Positions 50,579 to 64,000 of a DNA stretch of 64,000 bases are shown one piece after another. How positions within the stretch are numbered: the first letter of the stretch is position 1; the number at the start of each line of letters is the position of its first letter. The position numbers and the translations under genes were made by a program. This DNA comes from Octopus sinensis (taxonomy: Eukaryota), in contig NC_043010.1 of assembly GCF_006345805.1 (NCBI RefSeq), positions 45,508,001-45,572,000 on the forward strand. The letters run 5' to 3'. The notes beneath the pieces were generated by a model, which was given only the letters and a program-made list of their open reading frames with translations, did not search any database and was not told the origin of the DNA.

Positions 50579-53189
50579 ATAGTTGAATTCAAAGTGACAT
50601 TCACTTAAACTGGGAATAAAGTTAGCTAACCCCTAATATTTTACCTATTCCCACTGGGAGTATTTCTGATGTTGAAGAGATTAGAAATAATCATCCCACC
50701 ATTCTTACTGTATAATTAGATAGCAATCCCTCTCTCCTTTATTATCAAACTATCGATTAATCTCATTTCCCAGTCACTGTTTTGTTTTACGAATATTTTG
50801 TCTTTTACTTGTTTCAGTCATTAGACTGTAGCCATGCTGGAGCACCATCTTGAAGATAGATAGATAGAGATAATAAACACACTCACACACACACACACAT
50901 ACACACACAGTGTTTGTATATCGACCTCTGATTCTATTACATATATCAGTTTTCTCATTTTAATTTATATTTTTCACCTTTAATTTACTGAAATAAGAGT
51001 AATGTATTTAAATTCAGCTTCTTTTTTTTTTAGCTTTTATACTAACTTTTACGTAATTTATGTTTTTGTCAAGGAAGAGTGGAAAAATTGAAGGATAGCT
51101 ACCAGAGAGGTTTTCAGAAAGCTGTAAATTTTCTGCCCTCTTCTCCATTTCGTCATATTTTTGTTGTGTTGACAAATTTCATCTTTTCTCTATTGTTAGT
51201 ACTTTAAACATTTAAACACCATTAATTACCAGTTTCTGACACTCAATCCCAGTTCTCATGTATATTTTCATTATATGAGACTATCATCTTAATTATTTTT
51301 CTAGCAAACCGTATTTGACCTTGATTTTACTAAAATGTTGATATAAATTGTACTGCTTATGTGCCATTGTTGTACTAAAAACTCTTTAAATATAGCTTTT
51401 AACTATGCTAACTTGTTGACTTTGTCAACTTTATGAGAATTTAAAGTGTAGATACTTACATGTTCCCTCTACTTAGTCTGTCATTGCATTTCTGTTGCTA
51501 AGTTAATATGTACTTGGTGTTAAATTACTCTTATTCTTTTTCTCTGAACTGGCAGGCTACCATCCAATTTCTGTCACAGTATTGGGTTAGATTTTTGGGA
51601 GTTATTACAGCTATCAGTTAATTATCTTAGTTAAATAGCATCTTTTCAAATTTGTGCTTGCTTATAAAATTTCAAAATGTCTAAAAGCAAAACTGCCTAA
51701 TTATTTGATAGAAGAAAAAAAATATGTATTTCAGCACATAAAATAAATGTAAGGTTTTTGTAATATTGACTGAATTGGTAGGTCATTGAACAAAATGCTT
51801 TGCATTATTTGTGTCTCTTTATGTTCTGAGTTCAAATCCTAGTGAGACTGTCTTTGTCTTCTATCATCTCAAGAGTCAATAAAATAAAGTTTCCATCAAA
51901 TATTGAAAAAATATATATATATAACCGTCTACATCCCTGCCTCCCCAACAACAAAAACATCTGTGGCTTCATTGTTTTGCCTATGTTAGAATTAAAGAGT
52001 ATATATCAAAATAATTCAATTCAGCATTCCTAGCTATATGAATAGTTATGATTGATTTCAAGAATATATACCAATTAAAAGAAGGAAGCATAAAATAAAG
52101 TTCCAGGACTTTAAAGAGTTCTATACTTCATTTTCTTCATTGCTGTATAATTACTTTTTTAATTGTGACATTAAGGGGTGTTAGGAAAGAAAAGCAATCT
52201 TAAATTGTACGTTTCCCTCTACTTTGTACTATGTATGTCATATAAACCTTTTCTTGCTCATTGGTGGTAATCACACACAGGATAACTACACGTTGGTTTG
52301 AAGGGGATACTTTAATGTTGGGCATTCTACAAATATGCTTCCATAGCAAACTATGAAGATTCTATCAAAACCAAATGAATCCCTGCAGCATGGAAAAGTA
52401 GATATAAAATAAGCAAATGAATTTGAATATCTCTTTCTCCCAATCATATAAATTGATGAAAAATTAAATAATTTCAAAGCATTTATTTTATTCATCGAAT
52501 GATAATAATTGAAGTTTGTGCTCCAGTAGCCAACTGAATACAAATGTTACATCTCTTAATTCAGAAATAGATACCTCTAGTTCTAATCCAATCTAGAACT
52601 ATGTGTATGTCCAGAAATAAGACACCTGATGACAATTTAAAGATCAAATTGATCAGTATAAATAAAAAAAAAAATTTTTTTAATGTTCTGTCTGTAAAGA
52701 TGAAGTTAAATAGTTAAAAAGAAGCCTAATCTTATTAACAACAACTCATCTCAGATATTTAGACATTTAATCAATAATTGAAGTAAGAAAAAATTAAAAA
52801 TTAAAAAATATTATTCTTAATATCTTTGCATTCATTTTCTAGGAGAAACCAAAAATAAACATAATTTTTCAACTGATCATAGTTTGTTTTGATCAACATC
52901 TATAATTACTTTTTCTTTTTATGTGAAATTGCAACCTTAAATTTCTGTCCTTTAATAAAAAATAAGAAAATAAAAAAATCCAAAACAGATAAAGATGTAC
53001 ACCTAATTTGTTTGGGATAAATAAACCATGCAGGCAGTTTTGGGGAATTATTCTGGATAGATATTGCCTTTCAAGAGCTTCAAATGACACAAGTATCTTA
53101 GTGCATAGTTTTAAAAAGGAAGTCACTGAATATATGTAGATAGGGATTGCAGTTGTGCATGTAGGAAGAGGGAAAGAGTAGGTAGTATT

Positions 53190-54210
53190 GTTATTTTCGA
53201 AGAAAATAGGGAAGCCCAACTCTTGCTATGATAGCCACAAATACCAGAGTGTCATGTTCGTCAACACCACCCCTAGAGGTGAACTGGCATACTGCTTTAG
53301 AAGGGCCCTAGACAAACTTAAGCTAAGGATTAAGGTTGTTGAAAAGCCAGGCAACCCTATCAAATCCCTAATCAGTAGAACCTACCCTTTTAGTAGAACC
53401 CCTTGTACGGATAGGAACTGTACTGTATGTAGATTTAGCCCACAAACAAACTGTAAAGCCAGAAATGTAGTCTATAGTATAAGATGTAGAGAGGCAGTAA
53501 CAAGACAACGATGCACGTAGGGGAAATGGCACGGAGCATAGGAGAGCGAGTAAATGAATATTGGAGAGAACTTAAGGAAGAAAAGAGCTCATCGGTTCTG
53601 TACCAGCACGCTGAGCAGGAACATTGGGGCTCACTCAACTACATAGAAGTTAAAATCTTGTCCACACATAGAACAGACACAACAATTAGACAAATTACAG
53701 AAGCTACACACATAATAGAGGATAAACCTAGCCTGAATAGGAAACTGGAAAGGAACACTAGCAACCCCTCCCCAACACACCACAACATATAACAGAATAA
53801 GATCCCCATACACTGATAACAATATAAACAAAACTAAAAACATAATAAAATACACAGATAAACAAATGGAATTAAATAACTATATACATTAACAAAATTT
53901 TTTAAAAATTAATTTAATTAAATACAAAAAAATAATAAGCAGGTGTAAACACATGAACAAAAATAAACAAAAACAAATTACACGAACGTGCATAAACAGG
54001 AGATACAAATATTACAGGCACCCCCTCCCCCCACTAACTAAACATAGACACACATAGGGGTATACACATGCGAAAATAAAGACGCATACAATAGGAATAC
54101 AAAATACAAAATGGTTGACCATTAGTAAGGAGAGACACACAAGAAAGAAGAAAGCAAAGGACCACTGATGAGGTCACAGAAGTGTGACGAAAGAACTCTG
54201 GTCAAAATAA
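53190..54210 (+). mobile_element. 5'-truncated Penelope-like element: Cys-rich linker, GIY-YIG endonuclease and 3' terminal region
   Basis: CTDRNCTVC..NCKARNVVYSIRC..C / HVGEMARSIGERVNEY..LYQHAEQEH..RQITEA..KPSLNRK; one frameshift near 53515; stop at 53792. Confidence 0.9.
54160..54203 (+). ncRNA. Minimal type-I hammerhead ribozyme motif (PLE-associated)
   Basis: GACCA-CTGATGA-GGTCAC(agaagt)GTGAC-GAAA-GAAC-TC-TGGTC: stem I 5 bp, intact core, stem II 5 bp with one bulged G, minimal stem III, predicted cut after C54198. Confidence 0.75.
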
Positions 54211-54491
54211 GATTAAGATTAATGTAAAAAATAAATGAAGCTGAAGCAAATTAACACCAAATATATAGTGCATGTGTTTTTATTGGCTAAACTGGCAACA
54301 TGACCATTCCTAAATACAACATCTGTTTCAACACACAATTTCACATCAAGAATCTTGCAAAACAAATATATAAACGTAATATATATATATATATATAGTA
54401 TAATATCTGTAATGCAATATGTGCCAATTATTCGACCGAGGTAGAAATCCATGCCGCCATCTCTTCAGTTATCCAACCATCAGAAAAATGC

Positions 54492-54534
<43 letters not shown>

Positions 54535-57500
54535 TGTGGAAAAAAGTCTCCCAAAATTTGCAGAGCTCAGATATCATGTCAAACATTATCAGGTACTGTA
54601 ACTCGACTATTTGTAAAGTGAAATCACATTTTCACAATTGTACTAAACAAGCTTTGTGCTGAAATTCACATTTCAATATTAATGGGTTCGCTCGGCCAGC
54701 TTTGGCCAGGTTGGTCGTTTGAGTCAAATACTTTATCGGCTGGATGCAGCCGGGCTGGTAACAAAATTATACACTTCTAAAAATATCCAAACTTCTATAG
54801 TTGATTCACACACAATTAGTTAGAAGGGATGTCACATTAAGTTCATGTTTAATCGGCACCATTAGTTGTGGTACTGGTTAAACATCTAAATTCATTATTA
54901 TTCCGTGAAGTAGCAATTAAATATTTAATAAATACTCATATGATATATGGTCAAAAACAATAGATATGAAAATAATGATTATAAAATGTATTCCTGTTTT
55001 ATATGGTATTGCTTGATTATTGACTGTCATCATCAAGTATGAATGTCCAGAGGGTGGACATCTGTGTGTGATTTCTTTAAACACAAGAAGACAGCAGCAA
55101 TAGAATTCTTGGATCTGTGCTCAGTGACATGGTTTCATGGTGATTGAAGATTTCATCAGTTTCAGCTCTATTATCCATAAAATGATGATTGTGTGCTTCA
55201 GTATTTTGTTTCCTAATGATGTGGTCCAAATTCAATGTCACTCCATGGTACCTTAGGCATGTGTCAGGTTGACCAAAAGCTTTTCTCAGTATTTTTGGTG
55301 GGCCAAAACTCTGCTTGTCACTATGTGTATAAGCATGTGCACATGCATGTGTAAATATGAGAGAGAAAGAGTGAAAATAAAATAACCAAACAAAAGAGTT
55401 TCATATAAAAACGGCTTATAGTATTTATTTCCAGACACTTACAAGAAGCTACTGGAGGCAATATAATTAACTAGAACCCTTTAAAGCAATGCCCCAGCAA
55501 GGTCACAGTCTAAAGACTAAAACCAGTAACAGAATAATAGAGAGGCTAAATGAATCAAAGAATATCGACTCAAAATTGTACAAAACAGACAATGCAAATA
55601 ACACCACTGAGCCATAGCTAATTTTAGATAGTTAAACTGAATCAAGAGGAGTTCTGCAGTTTTAAACTTTCTCGTTCTTCAGCTGAGAAATCAATATTAT
55701 CTTATATTCCTTTGTGCTCCATTATAACACAATATCTTCTTTCTTTTATTAAATGTCTGGTTTCATCTCAAGACCAGAAAATACTTTAGTCTTTCATGGA
55801 TGATGGTTCCTCAAACCACCAAAGAATGATGCATTACTTCTTATATACTATAACAGAATATATATCATTTTTATCAATAACAAAAGTAGTCTTTTCAAAA
55901 AAAAAAAAAAAACTTTCTGCTCCAAATCACTCATAAACAATTTTCATTATATTTTTCCCTGTTTTGGTGCTGTCTTTTCCCATTGCCATTTCAATTATTA
56001 TTGCAATCGTTTTTGCAGTTTTAAAATTGTTGGCTTCATCTAAATCCTAACATTTCTGTTTAGTCCTCCTTACTTATTATCATCCTTTCCTTGCAAACTC
56101 TGTGCTAACAATATTTCCTCTGCAAAATAGGGATAACAGCAGCCTGTCTGATAAATGAGCCTCATGAGGTGTACCTATCATTAGTCATTTAATTTAGAGA
56201 TAATAGGCCAACGAAAGAAAGACTATTATCTTTGAACAGGCATTAAATGAGAAAAGTAATATGTTGGGAAAAGTGTTGGTGTAAGCTAAATGTAATGGAA
56301 CAAAATACTTATGATGACTTCTTGAGAACTGGAAGGTTTAATACCTCTTTCTGGACTCAAAATTTCATCATTGGATGAAATCACTGGTCACTGTGTGGGA
56401 TTGAACCTTCCAATTCAAAAGAATAATATTTAATCTGCAAAGGTTTTATTTTTAGAGGTAACAGTACCTACTATACCCTAAGTATTCTACTTCATATGTG
56501 TATGTATGTACATCTATGTGTGTGTATATATAAATATATATATATATATGTACATACACACATGCGCATCAATCAGCTAATGATATATTCAATATGTTGT
56601 CAGTAATTATTTGTTGGGTATTAGCTGGTTTCATGCTCTCCTTAGGTAATGATATATTCAACATATTTTATTTGTTTTTATTAATCATTATTTTTCCTTT
56701 TTGATACGTTATCTATTACATTAGGTCTTCATTCCCATCTTATAGATACGATATTGCTATTTTTATGAAACTTTGGCTTCATGTCAGTTGGGTAGGTTCT
56801 GGCTTGTGCTTGTGTGTATGTGTGTTTTCAATGAGATTATTTCAAATTTGGATCAGTTCAGCTATACTCTTTTCCAACAAATTTGTAACCTTGTGCCAAT
56901 GCACAAAATCATTATAGTCATTCTGTCATTATTTGGCTTATTCTCAAGTTAGTAGAAAATAAAATACTACTACAAATGTATAATTGAAATGGTAGTGACA
57001 TAACATTTTCAGGTCTAAAATTCCTGTCTCAACAACTTGTGCAAATCTCTAAATTTGCAAAGCCATCCAATACATGTCAACAGATGTGAAATAGCAATAT
57101 AAATAAAGCTGGAATTGCTGTGAACATTGAACATCACTGTCCTTGTTGCAGATTCTAAGTCTTACTTGTATGTTTAAATCAATGCATAATTTGTTTGTTG
57201 GCAATAATTAATAATAATGCTGCACAAAAGCACATGTTTCTTGTTGAGATATCAAGTAACAGAAGAACTACTTGTACATATATTTTACACTCAAAGTATT
57301 CAAAGACGGTTTTTTTTTTTTATTCTTGTCTTCCTATAAGACTGTGTCACTTGTTACAGTTTTGCTTTACTATCTCTAACTTTTTGTGTTTTACGTTTTA
57401 TTTATATTTATTTTATAAATTAAACAGTTCTTTTTATACATACTGAATTGTATAAGGAGACAAGTAGGCACGTGTATAAGATTATTTATTGTTCTATACA

Positions 57501-60329
57501 AAGTCTGCTGTCTTTTGGGGTAAGTTGACTTTTATATTCATATAAGCAGATTTAAACTCTGCTTTTGTTCTGAGTTCAACCAGAACTGTAATCCCAATCA
57601 AAACAAAAGTACCTGTTGGTGCCTCAAACCAGTGAAAGTGATGTATAATTTTATCTTTGAACTAAAGGCTAGTATTTTTCTTTTCTTTTTTTTTCCCCTC
57701 TTTTTTTTTTATATAATGATCCTTCTTAATACAGCTACTTTCACTGGTCTTCTTTCTAAAAGCCAGATAACCTCAATATGCTTCTGAATACACAATTGTT
57801 GTAAGAATTTTCATGATAACATAAAATGCCCAAGGCTTTCAATATGTTATCTTTTAGCCTGTGTATATACAACCTTTTCAGAAGTAATGTAATCGGTTGA
57901 ATTCTCTCTCTCTGTCTCTCTCCCTCTTTCTCTCTCATTAAAGTTTTATAAAATTATGAAAACAGTTTATCTTCCAGTTTTACTTCGTCTGATTTAAGGT
58001 TTTTGATGCTATGAATTTCTTCATGTCTAAGTCTCTTCTTTAAACATTAATTCAATCTCTTTTCATTAAATATATATATAAAATAGATTTTACAATTAAA
58101 CAACAAAAGCAAAAGATCTTTTAATTTGTATTAACTAGATTAAAAGTTAATTTATGTTTTAAGAGCATACATTGGTCTTAACTTTAATTTATTATATTAA
58201 TTTAAGTGAATAATAGATATCAACCCTGTACCCAGTTAACCACTGGAAACGTTTTTTCCTGGTGAAAATCTGCTACCTAAGAAGAGTATAAATATATGTG
58301 AGTTGTTTAAACACTCTGATGGTATAAAGATTAACTTAATTTCAACTTGTGACAAGATAAAATTAATCTGGCCTATGTCCTATACAACTATACATCATTC
58401 ACTAATAAATATTTACATCAAAATTTGGACAATGAGTAATCACAAACTCATTATGGTAAAGGAGCAAAAAATGTCACTAGAGTTGGCTGTAGCGTGATTA
58501 TATCTTAAGACATAATTTTATACAATATATATATATAATACAATACATATATTATACAATGTGTATGCTTGTAAACAAGAGGTAAAAGAGATTGATAAAT
58601 CCAGGCACTCAGTAATAAGTGAATTTGGTTCACTGCATCAAACAATCAAGTACCAATAAATTCAAATAGAATTAACATCTAAGGTAATTCCTTATGTATA
58701 ACTCAATCCAAATACTGCTTAGAAGAATTTCAAGAAATCCAGAGTATATAACATGAGCAAGAATGGATAAAATCACATCTTTAATTGATGATTACACCGT
58801 ACATTACTGACTACACTAAAAAATTTGAAACAATATGCTCATTAGATTACAGGAAAAGTAATAATAATTCAGGTGATTATTATTTATTATTGAAATATTT
58901 AAATGTTTTTCTATATTTATGGGAACATTTCATCATAAGACTGGTTCTACAATTCAATAATTTTAACTTTGAAGTAATTATATCAATATAATATATCTCC
59001 TCTTGGCAAAGACCACTTTTAAAATTACCAGTATTGAACAATGGAGCATTGCTAATAATGAACCACTTATATCGTAGTTAATTTTCTGTTTTTCAAATCT
59101 TGGATGCATTTACTAAGATTTGTAGAATTACATTTCCTCTTAAATTTAAATGGAGCTGTTATGTAATCTAGATTTCCAAATTGTAGCAGAAGAACCAGTG
59201 AAATAATATGTATAATCCTCTGCAATTACCATTTAAACACTGATTTTCTAAAAGACATATAAGTTTGTTTTGAAACTACAATGGTATAAGGTGTGTGTGT
59301 GTGTGTGCGAGTGTGTGTACAACCCCGCCACACACATACATACACACACACAACATGGAAACTTCAATAAAAATCAAGATATAAAAGATCAAAAGTTACA
59401 TGACGAAAAATTAAAGCTGACAGATGTACAGAACATTAGCACTTTTTGAACACAAGGTGCTTTGGAGAGCTTTTATGAATTGCCTACAGTTCTTTGGAGC
59501 TGAAAGATAAAAGATGACAAATGCAATGGGTTTCATTGGATGTTAGAATTATTTTCAATATTAATTCAAAGTAGGTTGGTGTAGTGGTAAAAATAGTCAG
59601 GTACTAGACTTAATGCCTTGCAGCATTTTGTTACATTCCTTACATTCAGGCTAACCTTGCTTTTCATCCTTCAAAGGTTGATACTAGTTCAAAATGTTAA
59701 TATATATGTGACAACCTTCACACTGATAACATTAAGAGTGTCATTAAGTTACCATGTTCTTGAGAACATTTTAAATACAATTCAGATATTTGGAACTTTA
59801 TTTTTTTTTAATCCCCCAACTAGTTCACTGTATTTTTGTTCTATTCATATTTTTTTAAATGTAATATGTCAGTACATTTTGTGTCTCTTGTACAATTACA
59901 GTAATTTCCTAATTTCAGGAAAAGATTCAGACAATTGATATTTCATATTGCACAAAATTCTTTTCCTTCAAATCTTTTTAAATATTATTTTGACTTTAAA
60001 AATATGCTGTTTTACTCTAAAAAAAAAAATTTTTTTTAATTTTTTTTCCATCTATAACATACAGTATTGTGACTTTGTACATAGTATAATGTATAAAGTA
60101 TAGTATTTCATAGTAATAACTAATTTCTTGGTTATTTGTTTTTATTTATTACCATTTCTTAGTAATGTCAACTGTTTTTTGTTTTAATTGTTGACAACCC
60201 TAGTTTTATGTTTACTTTACATGCAGATTTTAGTTTTATCCTCTCACTTCTTTCAACCAAAAGATTTTAATATCCAAAAATAAGAGAGGTGTTCAGCTGA
60301 TATATTGGTCCACAGCTCAGAGAGCTAAA

Positions 60330-60560
60330 GCGATATTTGTAAATAACTGTTAGAAGAAAAAAATTAAACAAATAAAACTTCTTTGGATTTTGAGGAATCC
60401 TGCCCACCTCTGTTGGGGTCCAAAAGCAGTTTGTTTCATTTTGCATAATCCTTCTTGGAGGCCTTGGGCATGACTAATACTCATCATGATCCTTTCAAGA
60501 TGTTGTACATCTGTAGATTTCACTGACCATATTTCACTACAATATGTTGGTAAAAACAAA
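60330..60560 (-). mobile_element. Decayed RTE thumb-region fragment
   Basis: Track ORF LPTYCSEIWSVKSTDVQHLER (P.L.YGSE.W..D...LER motif). Confidence 0.5.
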
Positions 60561-61044
60561 CCAGAATAAATAATAATGTATAATACTTTGTTTTTAGTGC
60601 TTTATATTATCTGTATTCACATGCTTTTGCAATCAAGTTTGCTTTTTATTCTTCTGAGAGCAATAAAATCAATACCAGTCATACACTGGGTTTGGTTGTA
60701 TTGACTGCACCTTCCTTTAAAAGTTCACCCTGTAACCTATGCATGAACCAAATTAGTCACTGCAATACAGATGAATATTCCTGATATCAGCATTAAAGAA
60801 TATGGAATTACCTTGTTACTAAGATATATTGATCGAAATTTCTGCAACGTTTATTTCACTGTTTATTAGGCTGTTGTATTAATAAAGTTTCCACTGACCC
60901 ACGAATAACAAATTATATAGATTTCATTATAGCTTTTCTGTATTTGCCATGTGCTACTTTATCTCAATGTTCTAGCACACTAATAACATGAAACCTTATT
61001 AGACCAGCTACACTAGACTACCAAATATGTATGGAATTTGTATA

Positions 61045-61423
61045 GGTGCAAGAGTGGTTGAGTAGTATGAAGCTTGCTTCCCAACCACATGGTTCTGGGT
61101 TCAGTCCCACTATGTGGCACCTTGGGCAAGTGTCATCTACTATAGCCTTGGGCCGAACAAAGCTTTTGAGTGGATTTGGTAGACGGAAACTGAAAGAAGC
61201 CTATTGCATATCTATGTATATGCATGTGTGTTTGTCCTCCCACCATCGCTTGATAACTGATGTTGGTGTGTTTACATCCCCATAACTTAGTGATTTGGAA
61301 AGAGAGACAGATAGAAACCAGGCTTGCAAAGAATAAGTACAAGGGTCAGTTCCTTTGACTAAAAGGCAGTGCTCCAGCATGGCTGCAGTCAAATGACTGA
61401 AACCAGTAAAAGAATAAAAGAAT
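61045..61423 (+). mobile_element. Full-length family-B SINE
   Basis: tRNA-like head (GGGTTCAGTCCCAC B box), central TG tract, GCTCCAGCATGGCTGCAGTC...AGTAAAAGAATA tail. Confidence 0.85.
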
Positions 61424-61512
61424 ACACTGTAATAAACATTATACATTTTTCACTTAAAATACTTGGGAAATTCCCAGTTTGTCTGCTTGCCTGTCTCTGT
61501 GTTTCTCTTTCC

Positions 61513-61547
<35 letters not shown>

Positions 61548-61624
61548 TAATTAGTATACACTGAGGATGAAAATTGAGAGCTATACGAGAGCCTCCCAAT
61601 AGTTAGCTCGAAAATAACACAGAG

Positions 61625-61850
61625 GAAACTGAGGTTAGCTGGACATGCTCACTGTCATTCAGTTGATACTGCTCTCAGTGCTACTGTGGGAGTCCCTGCA
61701 TGGAAACACTAGAAGAGGAAGGCCAAGGATCACATGTTGATGCCCCAAGACCAGACACTGGTCTCTGCGAGACACAGGACATGGCAGTGATGATGAGGGA
61801 CAGACACCACTGGAGAGAACTCGTTCATGGATCTCGGGAACTTTACTTGC
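61625..61850 (+). mobile_element. RTE/RTE-X LINE 3' end fragment
   Basis: + strand AGH...LLWESLHGNTRRGRPR..DTGL...MMRDRHHWRELV. Confidence 0.6.
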
Positions 61851-61999
61851 CCTAAATACACACACACATGTATATACAAATGTTCTAGTTTTAGTATGTA
61901 GTGTAGATTTCAGTCATATATTTATTTATACCCAGATTTTGGTTACTGATCAAATTTCATCCTCATGTCCATTATGTTTGTGTGCTCTGAGATAACTCT

Positions 62000-63900
62000 C
62001 AGAACAGTTAGCTTTCAAGGTTTCAAATGTATGTGGTAGATAATGTTCAAAACTTCTCCAGGGTTTTATATAGCTTACTTACGGTTTAGTAATCATACAT
62101 TTTCATGTGCCTTTTCAAACCATATTTACTTTGATTTATTCACACAATACAAATATTGTAACCATTAAAAGGGGACAAATTATTGTTGGATGCATCTTGA
62201 TTTCACAAATTACTGTGATCTATTCTAGCTTAAGTAGCCAGCTTTTGATGGATGTCGTTCACAAAGACTACATTTCTAACTCTTAATTTCATCTGGTGCA
62301 TCCATGATACCTCCGTTTCTCCAAGTACATCATAACTGTGTATGCTGCCTTTTAGCTAGTTCAAAGCTAGTGATACTTTCTGTCAATATTTCTTGTGTTG
62401 ATATACATGTATGTATTCAATAGTAAAGGCATCATTTATATTTATCCCAGGACAATCTTTTCTGTGGATGGCATTGTATATTGGTTTAACAACAGTATCA
62501 TGTTGCAGTGAGAGGTAGTACCGCATTGATTATTTTGGAGCAACTGCTAATTACATCATATTATGTCTTCTGCAGAAGAATGGGAATCAACATTTGTGGT
62601 TGCCTCTTAGGAGTTTAAGGGCCTCACTATCTAATTTGTTCGTGAGATATTTTGTTGTTATCTCCTACTCTTGGATTGCAAAAATGTATGATATGTAACA
62701 TGATGTAACAATCATGAGTCTAAGAGAGGTTTCACTTCATGTTAATATGACCATTCTCTTCAAGTTTACTGGAAACATACCAAAGTGTTTCTCTTCCAGG
62801 TCTCTGCTGAAATATTCTAGTCCTGCACTTCTAGCCACCACATACAGCGGTGTTAAGTTATTGGATATACTAATTCACATTTTAGACACATTCATGGGGC
62901 TGGTATGTAAACATTAAAGATTTGTAGATACGTTTACATCTGATGTCTCGATACAAAACATAGCAAAAATGAGTGCTGGCTATAAGTTCTATAGAATATC
63001 TGTAGAAATATCTTTAACAAAATAATGTAAGACCACTGCTGATGCAATAGAATGTGGTACTGACTTATGAAAACATTTAGTATACCTTATAGTATATTGT
63101 GTTTACATAACAAAGTACCACATACCTACAAATTGTTAATGTTTACACACCAACCCCAGGAACGCATCTAACATGTACCGTATTTAACATGTATAATGAA
63201 CCCCCTAATTTTTGGGGTTTAAAATTTGGAAAAAAGGTTTTGAAAGGTATTATAATGCTATCCATGTATAAGAAACTCCCATGTTTTTTAACTTAATTCT
63301 ACATTCTAATTACAAATGTAAGGATTATGGACCAGGTCTTCATGAGCATTTCAATAGCAGCAATAAGGTAGCAGATACTTTTGATAGCTATATTGACTTC
63401 TGTAGCCATGAGCAAGGGATGAAATCAAATGCCTTTCTGTGATCAAGCCATACTGTCACAAGGCTTCCTTATTTCAAATTGTTTACCTTTATTTACCAAA
63501 AGTTATTCAATACATTCCCATACTTCTTTCTTTTTACCTGTCTGCTTGTCTATATCTTTAGACTCTTGATAGTCTTAGAGGAATTGGTTCAGGCAGCCTA
63601 TGTACAGTTTGTACATAATGTTAAGACAGGCTATGGGCCTGTAGTTCTGTACAAAAATAGTGTTTTCATTATTGGACACAAGATTTGCTCATTCTATTGT
63701 AAGCCAGTTTGGTATATCAATCTGGCCTTCTGCAGTTTTGAAATATTTATATACATGATTGTCGATAAAAAGTCAAAGCCTTGTACTAGCAGTCAACTAC
63801 AAGCTCTCTTCCTAGTATTTCCGTATTATGTAGATTTCCCACAGCATTGGTGAAAGTTTCAATTTTGATTACATATGTTTCACTGTTCATGTTAGTACAT
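62000..63900 (-). mobile_element. Decayed R4/Dong-clade LINE (RT start to CCHC knuckle), interrupted at ~63177-63450 by a Tc2/pogo-like end
   Basis: QNYRPIACLNIMYKLYIGCLNQFL (63560-63650); C..SAEDI..VISSCSK..MRYYL..HD..K.IYNAIHRKDCP (62450-62600); TA|CCGTATTTAACATGTATAA at 63177. Confidence 0.65.
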
Positions 63901-64000
63901 TATTCTCAAGTTAGTGTGTTTGGTCATGTGGAATTCTGATTAAAGTCTTTCTTTTCATTCCTGAATTATTTTAGATTTTCCTGGGATGGGGACATTTTTA

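Overview
AT-rich, repeat-dense eukaryotic DNA. The tRNA-headed SINE families, RTE/CR1/R4 LINE remnants and long (TA)n/(TG)n arrays look like an Octopus (coleoid cephalopod) genome; this is an inference from repeat style, not a database match. Almost all ORFs in the track are microsatellite translations or TE debris. Two likely host first exons point away from each other across a CpG-retaining block (~9.2-17.8 kb). One is a + strand exon encoding a 27-aa signal peptide (17564-17645, GTAAGT donor), with no recognisable second exon in the remaining 46 kb. The other is a weaker - strand candidate (ATG at 9940, donor at 9912). The rest is mostly TEs: three Helitron families, Tc1/mariner, pogo, piggyBac-like and other MITEs, CR1-, RTE-, Tx1- and R4/Dong-type LINE fragments, a Penelope GIY-YIG element and many SINEs. 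The most unusual structures are: (i) a ~2.3-kb head-to-head Helitron palindrome, stacked with a third Helitron by TATA spacers inside the putative first intron; (ii) a minimal type-I hammerhead ribozyme at the Penelope 3' end; (iii) two isolated near-perfect hairpins; (iv) a young-looking LINE embedded in a ~5.5-kb TA/TG array. I found no evidence of a wholly new multi-gene system. Coordinates of decayed elements are approximate, and motif translations were done by eye.
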